Positions 51,692-64,000 of a DNA stretch of 64,000 nt are shown piece by piece. Under the pieces are notes generated by a model. The model was not told the origin of the DNA. It saw only the letters and a list, made by a program, of their open reading frames with translations, and ran no database searches. Source of the stretch: Gordius albopunctatus (Eukaryota); the NCBI GenBank assembly GCA_964276515.1, contig OZ193909.1, positions 3,100,001-3,164,000 on the forward strand. Reading direction: 5' to 3'. Each line of letters opens with the position of its first letter. Within the stretch, counting starts at the first letter, position 1. A program made the position numbers and the translations under genes.

Positions 51692-54261
51692 TCAACTAGG
51701 AATGTAAGTGACTTTGGACGTAGTGTTTGCTGTGGAAATGCTGCCGGTTTGAGCGTGGTAAACTGGCATTAAAAACTCGTTCAAATATCCCACATTCAGA
51801 GATTGTTCTAGGATATTGAGGCAAGATTTTAAGGCATCCACCGTGGCGTAGGTGGTGGCTTTAAGCATCAATAGCTCCGGGTCCAGACACCCGAGGGCCG
51901 CTGTCTCAGACGGGTTTTCATGGGCTTGAGGCGCTTTGCTTTTATCAACAATCGGTTGTGATTGTGGCACGGAAGAGGATAAGCTCTAATAACAAATCTA
52001 ATCTTCACGACTATCTTGGACATAAATCTGCCTTTCAGAGCAACATTTATCATACTAAATGCACGCTATTTGACTAAATATAAACGGACTAAAGGAAGAG
52101 ACCGAAAAACCTTTGGTTTGCTTATGTTTAGCCGACTTAAAGCCAAAGGTCAACTAAACAAAACCCAACCCTTTTTACGACACTATATAGGTAACTAACT
52201 CAGCTTATTTTATAGCTCATCCCACAACTTTTAGTGGTCATTTCGCAAACTACTCACTCAAAATTTTTTGTGTAAAGGGTCATGAATAAATGTAAAATTT
52301 GCTTTGGTAAAGGCAAAAAATGGTGGTGCCAAAAATAAGGACCTCGATCATGTCTTTGATATCATCGAAATGACGCTGCGTTACGCGCAAAACTTCGTGT
52401 ACGGCTGTGAGTTGATTTTCAGAATCAGCCCTGTTATAAGGACGAGTAAAATGTCATATAAAGATTTGCTGAATTAAAAAAGAGTTCAGCATTTTGATAA
52501 AGTTCGCACAAATTGTATTTAATCCAGCGACACCGTTATAAATGTCAAAATAACTATATTAAGATTAAAGTCCATGCAATACAATTAGCAAACATGGCTT
52601 CCCATTAAAATTCTGGTATATATTCATATTTTCAAAACTAAAAAAAATTAATCAACAACTTCATACTTGAGAGAAGTATGGCTGGGCTGGATTGAGGAAT
52701 TGGTTATTGATTGTACACTTTGGGATGATTGCATAGTGTTATTGATTGGGATTTTGGTAGGGGCCAGGTTTTTGGCAATGTTATCAAAATTGAACATATT
52801 ACTGAAGAAATCTGTAGATGTTGCGTTGGTAATACCCTTTGCTGGGGGTCCTTTATTCATATCATTTGTAAATGTTGATTGCTAAAAAGTAATGTAAAAT
52901 CATTCAGTGCAAAAAATGTTCAATTCAATTTTGTAAATGAAATTGTTTATGTAAAATTGAAACAAAAGGCATAATGTTTTATATTGTTTCTAAGTTAGAT
53001 TAATCCCTATTTTTTATTTGGCATTAAAAAAAAGAAATGCGTACAATTGATAATAGGCAAATTCTAACAAAAATTCATAATTGTCCTCAATCTAACTTTT
53101 TAAAAAGAACACGGTCATGGATAAAGAACTAAATCTAGTATGCAAAGAGAATTTTGGGTAAAACATAATGTATTAGCACAATATCATTCAACTATTTCAG
53201 GCTTCTAACAATTTATTAACTACTAATGACCATATTTTAGCAAGAACTACATTTTCAGAAATAATATATAATAACAAAAGTAAACATAGAATATTAAATT
53301 TTGCTTAATACATTCTGAAATATTGATGTATTTTGAAGCTAACATACAGAAACCAAAGCATTGATTATAACATATGCAAAAGTTATTAAAATCATATATA
53401 TATAAAAGTTCAAAATTGTTAATTTCCATTTTAATTAAAAAATGCATTTTAAAATTCCTTCCATCATAAGAGAAGCATAAAATTTAATTTAAAGCAATGA
53501 AGTCAAACATTTCTTAATTTACAAAGGATTAAGTATTTTTGAGCTTATGACATTAATTAATTATTTCATCTTAAACGAATAAACTAAAACAAACAAAATT
53601 TACCTATCTAATTATAAATGCATATAAATTCCAATTTATTAAATGCATATTAGATTGATAGATTTGCAAATAATGTAATATATACAATTAATTAACTTAT
53701 TATGTTATATAAAAATAATATAGTTTATATATTTATATAAAAATTTATAATTAAAAAATTTAAAGCAATAATTACATTAAGATCAATGTCACTAATAAAT
53801 GTTCGAATAAATATACCTGCTCCAGTTTATCATTAAAATGCTCAGAAACTGATCTTAATCTATTGACCCAAATTTGTCGCTCTCTAGCATCTAGTGCTAC
53901 AAAACATATTAATAAAAAACAAGTCATTACCTTTTAATTTGAAATTCTCACCTAAGGGAGAATTTATGGTGAATGTACAAGAATCTTCCTCACTAGGAGA
54001 TATGACAGAATCCTAGAAAATATTTAAGCATTTAATTAATTATTACTCCAAGGTATATAGAATTTCGTGGTTTTAATTTTTGCTTGTAATTATCTTCACT
54101 CTACTGGTATTTAGAATTTAAATTATATAATATACTAGATAGTATTCAAGATATCCCGAATCAGGATTAATGACAAAAAATCTATATTGAAATCCTTTCA
54201 TTACATTAGTGAATTTTTGCAGCAACCCTTCAAGAGGTATTAAGAGGTCGCATGCCTCCAT
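51692..54261 (-). CDS. OSBP-related protein 10/11-like, PH domain + coiled coil only, 312 aa, 7 exons
   Basis: Exons 54261-54136, 54100-54047, 54012-53931, 53896-53817, 52881-52667, 52430-52343, 51985-51692 join in frame; the first three introns are 35, 34 and 34 nt. The PH domain reads EGLLQKFTNVMKGFQYRFFVI...KPR...VISPSEEDSCTFTIN...FKLKALDARERQIWVNRL, and the ORP10/11 helix LDPELLMLKATT.AT...L..C..IL follows. The 3' end of the model is less certain. Confidence 0.85.
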
Positions 54262-55545
54262 CACCAAAAATATCCAATTCAAATTTAAACCATATGTTTC
54301 AATATGCTGTGTTGTCAATTAACCTAAAACTTCCTCTTTTATGTGAATTGATGTACAAAGGGATCATTATCATATTGGCGCAAAAAATGTTTCTATAAAT
54401 TTATGCTTTATTAATTATATGCAATATCCTATTTTTATACTGCAATTGCTAATCATTAAAAATGCCTTGCAGATGAGCAAGACATTGTTGGGGTAAAATT
54501 ATTTATTAGGTTAAAACAACAAGCCAGTGCTGAGCCGACTGTCTTTGTTTAAATAAGGGCAAAAAAGAAGTGTACAATTGGGGCTAGATATTAGAGCTTA
54601 TTTATAACAAAAAAATTAAACAAAATTACAAGGTATTTCTGTGAACCAAATCAGTTACATTTTAAATTATATAAGAAATTTTATTTCGTACACTCCTTAC
54701 AAATTATATTAGGTAAAATCTATAATAGATTAACCGATTCTATTTATGAAAAATTCTTCCTAGATCTTAAATATTATATAATAGTGTATATTAGATGAAC
54801 ATCTATAGTGTCTCTTAATCATCGTGGACATTTGTATATTCCATTTAGTGTGATGTGGAATATTTCTATATCTGCCCGAGCACCTTATTGATATTTTAAA
54901 CTAGATTAGTTAGTAATAGTTGAAGATAAAAAGGTTATTGAATATTAATTGGTTATAAAATAGCGGGAGCATACTTTTAAAATTTTTACTATATTTGGTT
55001 AAATAGTTTAAATGTTTATTACCCAATTTTGACCTTACATTTTTCTAATAATCTTTTAAAATTATGTTAATTAAAAATAAATGTTTCAGGTTTGAATGAT
55101 CGCAAAAAATATGCCTGACATGGGATCAAATGTTGGCTTTGACCGAAGAAATTTCATAATCTTTTCGCTTTTACAATAAGTTGAATGATGTGAATTGTAA
55201 TTAAAAACATACAACCCTTCTTTTAAAAAGTGTCAGAGAAAATTATTTGACTACTTCAATCTCATTCAATATTCACATGGCACTTGTTGCACGTTTTTTC
55301 TAATTACAAAACACTGAGACTGATGTAATTATATCAAAATTACACGTTATTATTCATCCAGCGGAACCAATGGCTGAAAAACTGTCATTAAAATCTAATA
55401 TTTAACAACTACTTCACAAAACATAATTTATTATGACTATTATGAAATGAAACACATAAATAAGATTATATTATGATAGATGCTTTTGATGGTTTGACAT
55501 AGGTAATACGATTCGACGCCCATAATGGCTTATAAAATGACAATG

Positions 55546-58500
55546 CTATAGATTTTGCTGCGTTTCCAGTGCGGTAATTTGTTCTTCGCCTAATTTTATT
55601 TTTTCAATCACGTGCCTCTTATCCTATAAAAATCAAAAATAAATAAATAGTTAATTAAGTAAATAAATAATAGAAAAATTAAATCAATATAAAAGTATTT
55701 ACTATAATAAGTTTGGCCCGTGTCTTTGAATGGATGGAAAAAAATTCACAGTCCAGATGAGGGGAATAGTTGGTAAAGTATGTGTTTATGTTGGATCCTC
55801 TTTTATCGATGGATTCCTTTAATTTTATTGCCTCGTTAAACTGTAAAATGAGTTTCTCGCTTCTTCTTATCAAATTTTCCTGCAAAAAAAGTAATTTTAA
55901 AGATGGCATAATTTGCAGCTTTCAAAACAAGGTTAATTTTTGCTCAATTTACCTTCTCAGCGGTGGCGTCGGACATTTTGGAGCTCGTTAAGAATTCTAA
56001 TTTATGGCCCGTTTTTGTTATACGAAATGAAAGGCTCATCAAGAGGCATATAATTTTCTCCAAATCCTCGAAATATTGTTTGGCCCTTTCCACTTCGCTA
56101 GGTTTGGCGACCTAAAACACATTTATACTAGTCTTTATAATGGACAATTAATTCATAGCGTGACAAAAAGATGATAACTTTCGATTTCTGCACTAAATCT
56201 CAACAAATGATCAATAGAATGAGATTTAAAAAAAACAAGGATTTTAAAATTAATAACTAGTTTTTGTACATATATTTTTTTGTTAAAATGCTTTTATTCG
56301 CTAAAATTGATACATGAAATATACAATAAACGAGCTTGAAATAATATTATAAATAAAAGAAAATTATTCATCACAATCGTCAATAGCCAACACGGGCCAT
56401 GTGTCAGATAAAGATTTGTAATTATAAATTTGATTAAAAAAACATCTACTTATTCTATATGTTCTTCGGCAATTAAAGCTTATAATTTACCTTAGATAAG
56501 TCAGCCACGACTGATTGCCATTTACATTCGTCGGATTGTATGTTGCCTTCAATAGCCATCTGTCTATCTCTCAGGGCATCCATCATGCAATTAACACCCT
56601 TTAACAATTCAGCCTAATACAAGCGATATATATAGGTCAATATATTCTTGTGTAACATCATGTTATGAACCAGTCCCTTTAGATCTTGGGTTGTGATAAT
56701 GGTTAATGGAGTTAATATTTAGCTTTTTTAATATATTATAAATAAAAAAGAGAGTAGACCTAGGAATAAAAAGTATGTGGGGACTGGAAAGAGGAGAATT
56801 TTCTAAACGATTTTAAAATGTGAATTATCACGGATATATCTAGATTTTTAATCAGGGGGGGGGGGCAAATGAAAGTTTTTATTTTATCCTTTATTAGAAA
56901 AGATTTAATTATATAGAGTGGCAGCTGCCACAACCTGCCACCATGTGAATTATATTAAGAACCTAAAATAATGGCATTTCTTCTCTATATCATCCTTTTT
57001 AATAGTAAATGGTTGACTATTTCTTTTCGTAATTCACATATTTCAAATTAATAATGACTCCTAATTAATCGAATATTAATTCGCTTTCGAATTAATTAAA
57101 CAATTAATTCCCTTTTCTAAACAAAAATTTACTTTTTTAAACCAGATTATACTTCATAATTTTTTTACCTTTACGAACTTGACTTCAAAGGATGTTCGCG
57201 AATCCAAGCCATTCATCACGAAAGCCTTTTCGTTAATTTGTCTATATTAAAAAAATTCGTTATAGCAATAAGCATATAAAACATTGTAACTTATTTTTCA
57301 TATATAAACTTATTAATTTCCTTTTTAAAAAAATTTTTTAAATAAAATATCATTTATCTACTTGAGCGTATCTAGAGTGTTTTGGTAACAGGGCAAACCG
57401 AAGAGTGCGTACAATTTGACAACGGCTTCTTCCATCCACCCCGATAATGGATCCATTAAAACTTCCAGGATTCTAGGGTCTGTTGTCATTTTGCTGAATT
57501 CTAGACTCAAAGTCTCAAAATCCTTTTCTCCACGCGATTTGCTTCTAGCATGATAATGGTGTGTAGGCGTGAGCTGGTCGATTTTTGATGTCATAGAGTC
57601 AGAAGATTGGTCTAATAATATCGACTGTCGCTTCCCATTTTGTGACAAGGACCTAACAAACACGGGTTAATTTATTAGTTGGTTATGGCGGCATTATTAG
57701 GTTTGAGTATTACAAAGAGTAAAAATAGGTAAATATGTACAATTCAATTACCATGAATTCTGTTCGGATTTATTATTATTTCATAAAAACTAAATAACTA
57801 GACATAGGGTTATAAAATTCCTTAAACTGAATAATTTACAAACAAGTGCTATTAAAGCATTAAGTTAGATGTCGGGTCTTAAACATACTTATGGGAGCAA
57901 AATTTTAGGCTAATTCTTCATAAATTTGGCGTAACTTACGTTTTATCGGTGATGCGGGGAATAATGTCGGGTCGATGCCTGAGCCGGGGTAGGATGCGGG
58001 GTGGCTGTGGGCTATTGTAGGCCTGTTCACCACGCTCGTCCCTTTCGTGATAATCTTTGTTCGGTCCTTGACTAGGAGGACTTCTAGCACCACCCAAACT
58101 CGTTGGATACTTGTAGGCGTAGCCACCATTATTATTGACATAAATAGGATCGCCTCCATCATGATCGGAGTGCTCGGGAAAACTCCCTATAGAACTGTTA
58201 TTATCCGTTGTAGTGGTGCTTAACGAGGGTGTTGATTCGCCTAATTTAGCCCTCCTACCCATACCCTGACTATCAGCACCAGGCCCGGGTGGAAAATCGT
58301 CCAAGAGAGATGATGAACCGTCCTCGCAATAGCCAAAACTCTCTTCGTCCATCTCCTCAGTTTCATCCCCGCTGCCCCCCATATTTTTAGCGAGGGTCGG
58401 AGTGGGGATTGCCTGGGGTATCAAGGGTAGGGCGTCGTAGCCATTGTCCCAAGAACAATAACCGCTATCGCTGCGTGAAGGTGGAGCCGATGGAGTAGCC

Positions 58501-61500
58501 GGGCCTTTGCCCGTGTCGTTTTCGGGATTGGTTTTGTTCGAAGTGGGGTCGGTACTTTTAACGTAACGCGAGCTTGGCTTGACATAACTGACCGTCGTTG
58601 TGATCTTGTCGTCGCTATTGCTTGAATTATTGTTGTTGCTGTAATAACGATGATATCGACTCCGGGTCAAGCCAACGCAACCCACGGTTTCTTTGGCCGC
58701 GTACGATTTAACGTACAAGGGGGAAGGAGATTCGCATGTTGGTTTTTGGAGCATCTTTCTATCGAGCGAAGGATTGGTTTGTGTAGTATTCTGGTTAATT
58801 TTGGGTTTGGGAGCTAGTTCGGGCCCATGCGATTTCGGAGAACTTTTATCGGCGGCTACGTCAATGTGAGGGAAATAATAACTGGCGGTCTTAAGGCTCG
58901 GACTCGAACTATCTAGGGTGGCCGATTTTTTGAATGTCGTGTTTAGCGCGCAATTACTGTCCCGTTTCGAAGATCGTTCGTGACCATCCAACTCGGTGGG
59001 ATCACTCTTTTTCCTTTTCGTGAGCCAAGATTTAACGATAGATTTAAACATTAAAACGTGTGAATCGAAATAGGTGATAAATTTAAAAATAAAATCGTCG
59101 TCTAGATGCTATTTTAGGAATTTTAATGGGGTGGAATGGGAAGAGGGGGGTATTATTGGTTTTTTGTTTCGCTCGCTGGGGGAGGTTGAGGCCTGATTAA
59201 CTTCCAGTAAGCCGCGCGTTAGTGAACTTATATTTCCTCCCTCAGCTTTCACTACAACTACACAACTACTTATCCCTCTATTATACAAACAAACTTTCAT
59301 CTATAAAAAGGTCATCCACAAATCCCAATATCTATCTATCTAATACTATTATTTGTTTTAATAACCCAATAGACTAACTTCAGGGAAGAAGCTGGGGATC
59401 AATGCGAAGTTATGCAGGAAATCGGAACTCTAGCAATCAATTAATCTTAGGCAGGAATGGGTATGATGGGGAGGCGGTATTAGAAACTATGTGCTTTCAC
59501 AAGGTGTTCCATCAAAAAACAATTAATCACAACGTTCGAATTCAAACATTCTTCCGGCATTCTCGAGATTTTTGAACGAGAAGTGATTTAGTTTAATTTA
59601 TTAAATGAAGCCAATTTATTTTGTGATATGTGGTAAACATTTTTGAAATATTTAGCTCGGTACACATTCCTTAAAATGAAAAAAATGTGGCAGATGCAAT
59701 AACTTCATGTACATCAAAAGAATTGGGAAATTACCTAAAATTGGAATAATCTTTTGTCATATGTTAGAATCGTTAAGATGTGGAAGATTTATCACAATAA
59801 AATAAGTATGAATTAATGAGGCAAATTTTAATTCATAAGCTTTTTTGGCACGGGTTCTTTTAATAAATCTAAATTGCCAAGAGCTAAATAGATTGTTAAG
59901 GGAGCCAACTGCGGGATTATGCAAAGAGATATACGCTCATTCGAAAACGACACAAGCATTATTATGCCATTGAATAAATGCTTTTTTGATATCCCTTTTA
60001 CGGCTCATTCCCCCGAGTATTATTGCATAAAGCAAACGAGAATTTATTGACTAATATAACTAAGCATGGGCGTAGCCAGCTTTCGAATCAGGGGGGGGGG
60101 GCGAGCAAAAAAAATCGCCGAGACTAAGTGAGAGCAAAAAAAAAAAAAAGGTCGCCAAGACCTTTTTTTGGTATTTAACGTTAATTACTCAACCCACATA
60201 AAAACTCATTATTAATCAACAGTACAGTGTACAGAGGATATGTAAACGATGTATGAAGGAACTAACACAAACGCAACTACTAATCTCAATATTTAATTCT
60301 TATATAATTTAAATTTGCGTCAAAAGTTCGTGAAATAAAATTTTCAACATAAAACTTAATTTCAATCGGGGGGGGGGCGAAACACTAATTTTTTCCAATT
60401 TTTACATAAATTTACATTAAAAAATAGAAAAATTCTCATTCAGGGGGGGGGGGCGGCCGCCCCCCCCCCCTGCCTACGCCCATGTAACTAAGCGTATTAT
60501 TAATATTTATTGTGTCATAAAACCATGGTAGCCAGGTTTGGATTTAGAGGGGGGGGGGGGCAAAATGATAATTTTTAGTAAGTTTAGTCATAATTGTATA
60601 AAATTTTGGATATAGAGGGGGGTCACACCCTGTTTACGCCTTATATAACGGCATAAAGGCACTGAATTTATATATCATCGATTACATGGCTTTAAATAAA
60701 ATGTTTTACTTATCAAGTCCGATCGAATTGATTTTTGATTTTTCCAAACGGTAAATTGAATCATTATCGGGTTGCGTGCTTTGATCCAGTTGATAGTCGG
60801 GGCTGAATATTTTGCCTTGCCCACACAAAATACTTTGGGCGTAATGTCTATTCTGTTTCCGTCTCATCATACCCGACAATAGGTCGAGCAGATTAGCGTC
60901 AGGCTCCTGGCTACCCGCTAATTTGTTAGTGTTCGTAGTTAGTTCCCCCAGGCTGTTTTTGAGTTCGGAGATGGTGGTCATCTTGGAAATAGGGAATGAA
61001 ACTGTTCCTCCACTAGTGGGAGATTTGATGGGTGGGGATGGACCGATTTTGCTCCGATTGGTGGGAAAATATTTGGCCTCCCTTTGGATCCGTTCAAAAT
61101 TATCATCGTCCCATTCAGAGGCGATGTCTTGCAAATATGATGAATACCTTTGTCTCTCGACTCCAGAACATCGCTCTTGGTCGAAGGAAATCGAAGTATT
61201 GAGTGCTTGGGCCGGCGATTTAACAGAATGTAATGTTTCATTGAGTTCGGTACCGGGGCTTTGTGGTAGACCGTGTTTCCTAAAAACGTTAGAATTTAGT
61301 TGAAATTGAAAAAAAAATAAAGAAGTAAATTTGGTTAAAGGATTATAAAATTATTCGAATATACCCAGCGACGATGTGATGTAGCCGAGTAGGCAATTTA
61401 AAAATTAAATTCGACCAGCGCTTAAGGGTCCGCTCACTGAATGTCCTCTTAAGTTTAGAACCTCTATGATTAATAACCGGAGTTCCATCAACGTTAGTAG

Positions 61501-61516
61501 TAGTAGTAGTATTCAT
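55546..61516 (-). CDS. Shroom: Shroom-family protein with C-terminal ASD2 (ROCK-binding) domain, ~955 aa, 10 exons
   Basis: Exons 61516-61365, 61279-60710, 59277-59202, 59108-57940, 57652-57362, 57241-57169, 56613-56491, 56111-55953, 55879-55703, 55623-55546 join in frame. ASD2 motifs: KPSEVERAKQYFEDLEKIICLLMSLSFR, QFNEAIKLKESIDKR, KLII.KR...EKIKLGEEQITAL. Linkage of the N-terminal exons is inferred from phase compatibility only. Confidence 0.82.
56829..56945. mobile_element. Degenerate G-tract MITE in a Shroom intron
   Basis: Perfect TSD TGAATTAT on both sides, an internal G run and a CCATG right end. Confidence 0.65.
60065..60484. mobile_element. 420-bp G-tract MITE in Shroom intron 2
   Basis: CATGGGCGTAGCCAG ... 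CCTACGCCCATG; perfect TSD TAACTAAG. Another short copy follows at ~60523-60643. Confidence 0.88.
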
Positions 61517-64000
61517 CGCCAAAATATACTTTTTGAAGCTCGATTCAGGTCAAATATATAATTACGAAGAGAGAACGAGAGAGGGGCAAAAAACAAAATT
61601 TGCTGTGGGGAAATGACAAATGTGTGGGATTCGGGAATTCGGACGATATAAGATTATGGTGTGGAAGAACTTTTAACGACCGGTTCCTCATTTGAGGGCC
61701 GGCCTATGTAGGAATGAAATACAATCATTACTCTCAAGTTTTGGCATGTGCTCATATATAGGATAGGCAGGCGCTCTCTGTGTGATCTCTAACACTTCGC
61801 GGTTCACGCGAGGTAAAATAATAAATTTTATGACTCTTCCACAAAGCTCGGTAAATTTAATATGAAATGTGCAGCGAGGCGCGGTTATAAGTTCGGTGGG
61901 GGGGGGGGAAGGTAGTTAGGCCATACTTTTTTCGATCGCTATTTTAACGACTCTAAAGTGTATTATAATTTGTATATAAGTTGTTGTTGTAGTGAGTTTA
62001 TAGAGACGACAGAGGAGATAATGTGCCGAGTAGGTAAGTGAGTTTGCTCTGATTATAAGCTTATTTAGGGGGTTTACATGGGGGGTGGGGGGTTGCTAAG
62101 GAGGAGGCATATATTACCTTATTTAATTAAAACAAACCCCACGCAATCTATTTCCCCCCACGATCTCCCGCCTTCTTAGCAACAGTGTCACTGTTTTTAA
62201 ACGTGTAACGATGATAAGATGGCGGAGAGTCGCATTCCCATCATGTGTCATCGTCACATATTAATCTCATCTTCCTCCTTCGTCAAAAGGTTACACAGAG
62301 ATCTATCTATCTTCGACACACCACCAAAGGTAAAAGGTTAGGGGGGGACGTGATAAGGGATTATACTCGCTATGCGTTTATGAAAGCATTGTCAATGTTT
62401 TGAGGAGTTTCGGGTTATGGGTCTTGGCATAAAAGTCGATCAAATACTTGACAGTGGCAATCGCCCCCACAGTGTTTAAGGGTATTGATGAGAGCCACTT
62501 AATTTCTATTTTCTTTAAAGCCACACAACTTACTGATTTTGGCCCTAAAGTGAACGAGGAAAAATTCTATCAAGTTGGTAAAGGGAATGAGTTATAAAGT
62601 GTTAACTTGCTATTTTGAATCCTGACCCACTTATATTATGTAGACGACAGCATTTAATTGAATCACGAAATGTCGGGATGCATACGAAGACACTATAAAT
62701 AAGTAACCAAGGTGGTGTTATAGAATCCATCTTAATATTACTTTCTTTTGACTTACCGCTCCAAGCTAGACGTAAAAAGTGGAGGGCTTTATTGCGAAAT
62801 AGTTTGCCAATGTATTGCTGGCTTTATTCTTAACTAACTTCTTTTGTGCCCGCCGCCGACCCTATTATTACTAAACTCTCGATTAAAGTTGAGGGCGCCT
62901 TACTTAAAGACTTTTGCCTGTGAGAACGAATAAATTTAAGTATAAAATAAGGAAAAGCCCCTTTTGCACAGAACTGTCTACCGCGAAGTTATAAATTGAA
63001 TAGCAGCACTCCTCCCCTGAGCGAAATCCATAAAAAGCGTGAAAAGTAAGTTTCTAAGGAGGTCGCCGATTTAAGTTATTTCGCAGAATTTAATAGTTCT
63101 AGGTAATATCGTAAAACTTGAATAACTAAGGGAAAACGATAAAAAACAGAATTGAAAGCTAATTAAAACACAAAAAACCTTCTTAATCATCCAAACATTT
63201 TTATCCCATTTTAATCATCAAGTTATTGCATTTATAGGGCTCACCATACTAAGTCTCTTTTAAGACTATATTTAGATGTAAAGCAATTTGATAGCATGAT
63301 TAACGCAAAAAAGATGAATAAAACGTGTCACCATTCTATTTTCCAAGTTAATATCGTGCTCTTATCTAATTTTGGACAAATGTTGAATTTGTGATACTTA
63401 ATACGCACCAACCTGTATTAGTAAAGATATCGTATTACACAATCTGCAGGAGTTCGTTCCTTTTATCCATAATTTAGTCGATTGGCAATTTAACCGGGAG
63501 CACTGTGTTATAATTAACCCGCAACATGACAACGGAATGTATACCACCATGCATGTGGAAGGATGAGCATATTGACATTAGGTCACGGGGGTAAGATAAT
63601 AAAATCTGTGCCGTGCAAATTTTTACAAATGGTGCCTAGGTTTTTTTAAAATTATTATTTTTCCCACTACTTTATTAAGTTACTTCAAAAGTTTCAGTAG
63701 CATCAACAACACCGGTAGAAAATAATTGAAAAATAAAAAAAAATTAGTATGTTTAAAGGTAATATTGTAAATTGAATTACTTTGAAGTATAATCTTCGCG
63801 GGGCAACGTTATTTTTCCAATCGTGGTTTGAGTGAGTTCCTTACTGATGATACCCTGTATATGAAAATTTGCATTAGTTCATGAGCCATTTATTTAAAAT
63901 CATAGATACGGATAGTACAACTAGGTTACTGGCTTTTCGTAACGAATCGATGGTAAACGTTTAATTTAAACCATGGTCCTTTTTTAAAATTATATTTTAT

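Noticed and set aside
59109..59111. Stop-codon readthrough in Shroom (in-frame TAG CAT CTA with open frame on both sides)
   Set aside because: It is more simply explained as the acceptor AG of a 93-nt phase-0 intron (59201-59109, GTTAAT...AAATAG). RNA-seq would settle it.

Overview
This is AT-rich eukaryotic (metazoan, probably invertebrate) genomic DNA, not prokaryotic: no rRNA, intact tRNA or CRISPR array was found. Four spliced host genes can be reconstructed by hand: a Pur-alpha homologue (+, 3528-4565), a Plk2/3-like polo kinase with a ~510-aa kinase-to-polo-box linker (+, 29799-46452), an ORP10/11-like gene that appears to encode only PH + coiled coil with no lipid-transfer domain in the window (-, 54261-51692), and a Shroom gene with a C-terminal ASD2 domain (-, 61516-55546). 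Many introns are only 34-40 nt. The rest is dense with mobile DNA: a complete 4.3-kb P/THAP9-type transposon (perfect 33-bp TIRs, 8-bp TSD) whose disabled transposase has about 12 introns and a duplicated exon, a MITE derived from it, a near full-length RTE LINE with a pseudoknot-like 5' leader, two CRE-type non-LTR fragments, a Helentron/DINE-like element with higher-order repeats, piggyBac-, hAT- and pogo-like non-autonomous elements, more than 15 copies of a G-tract MITE (TIR CATGGGCGTAGCC), and a perfect (CATA)124 array. All gene models and family calls come from manual reading and remembered motifs; no database search was run.
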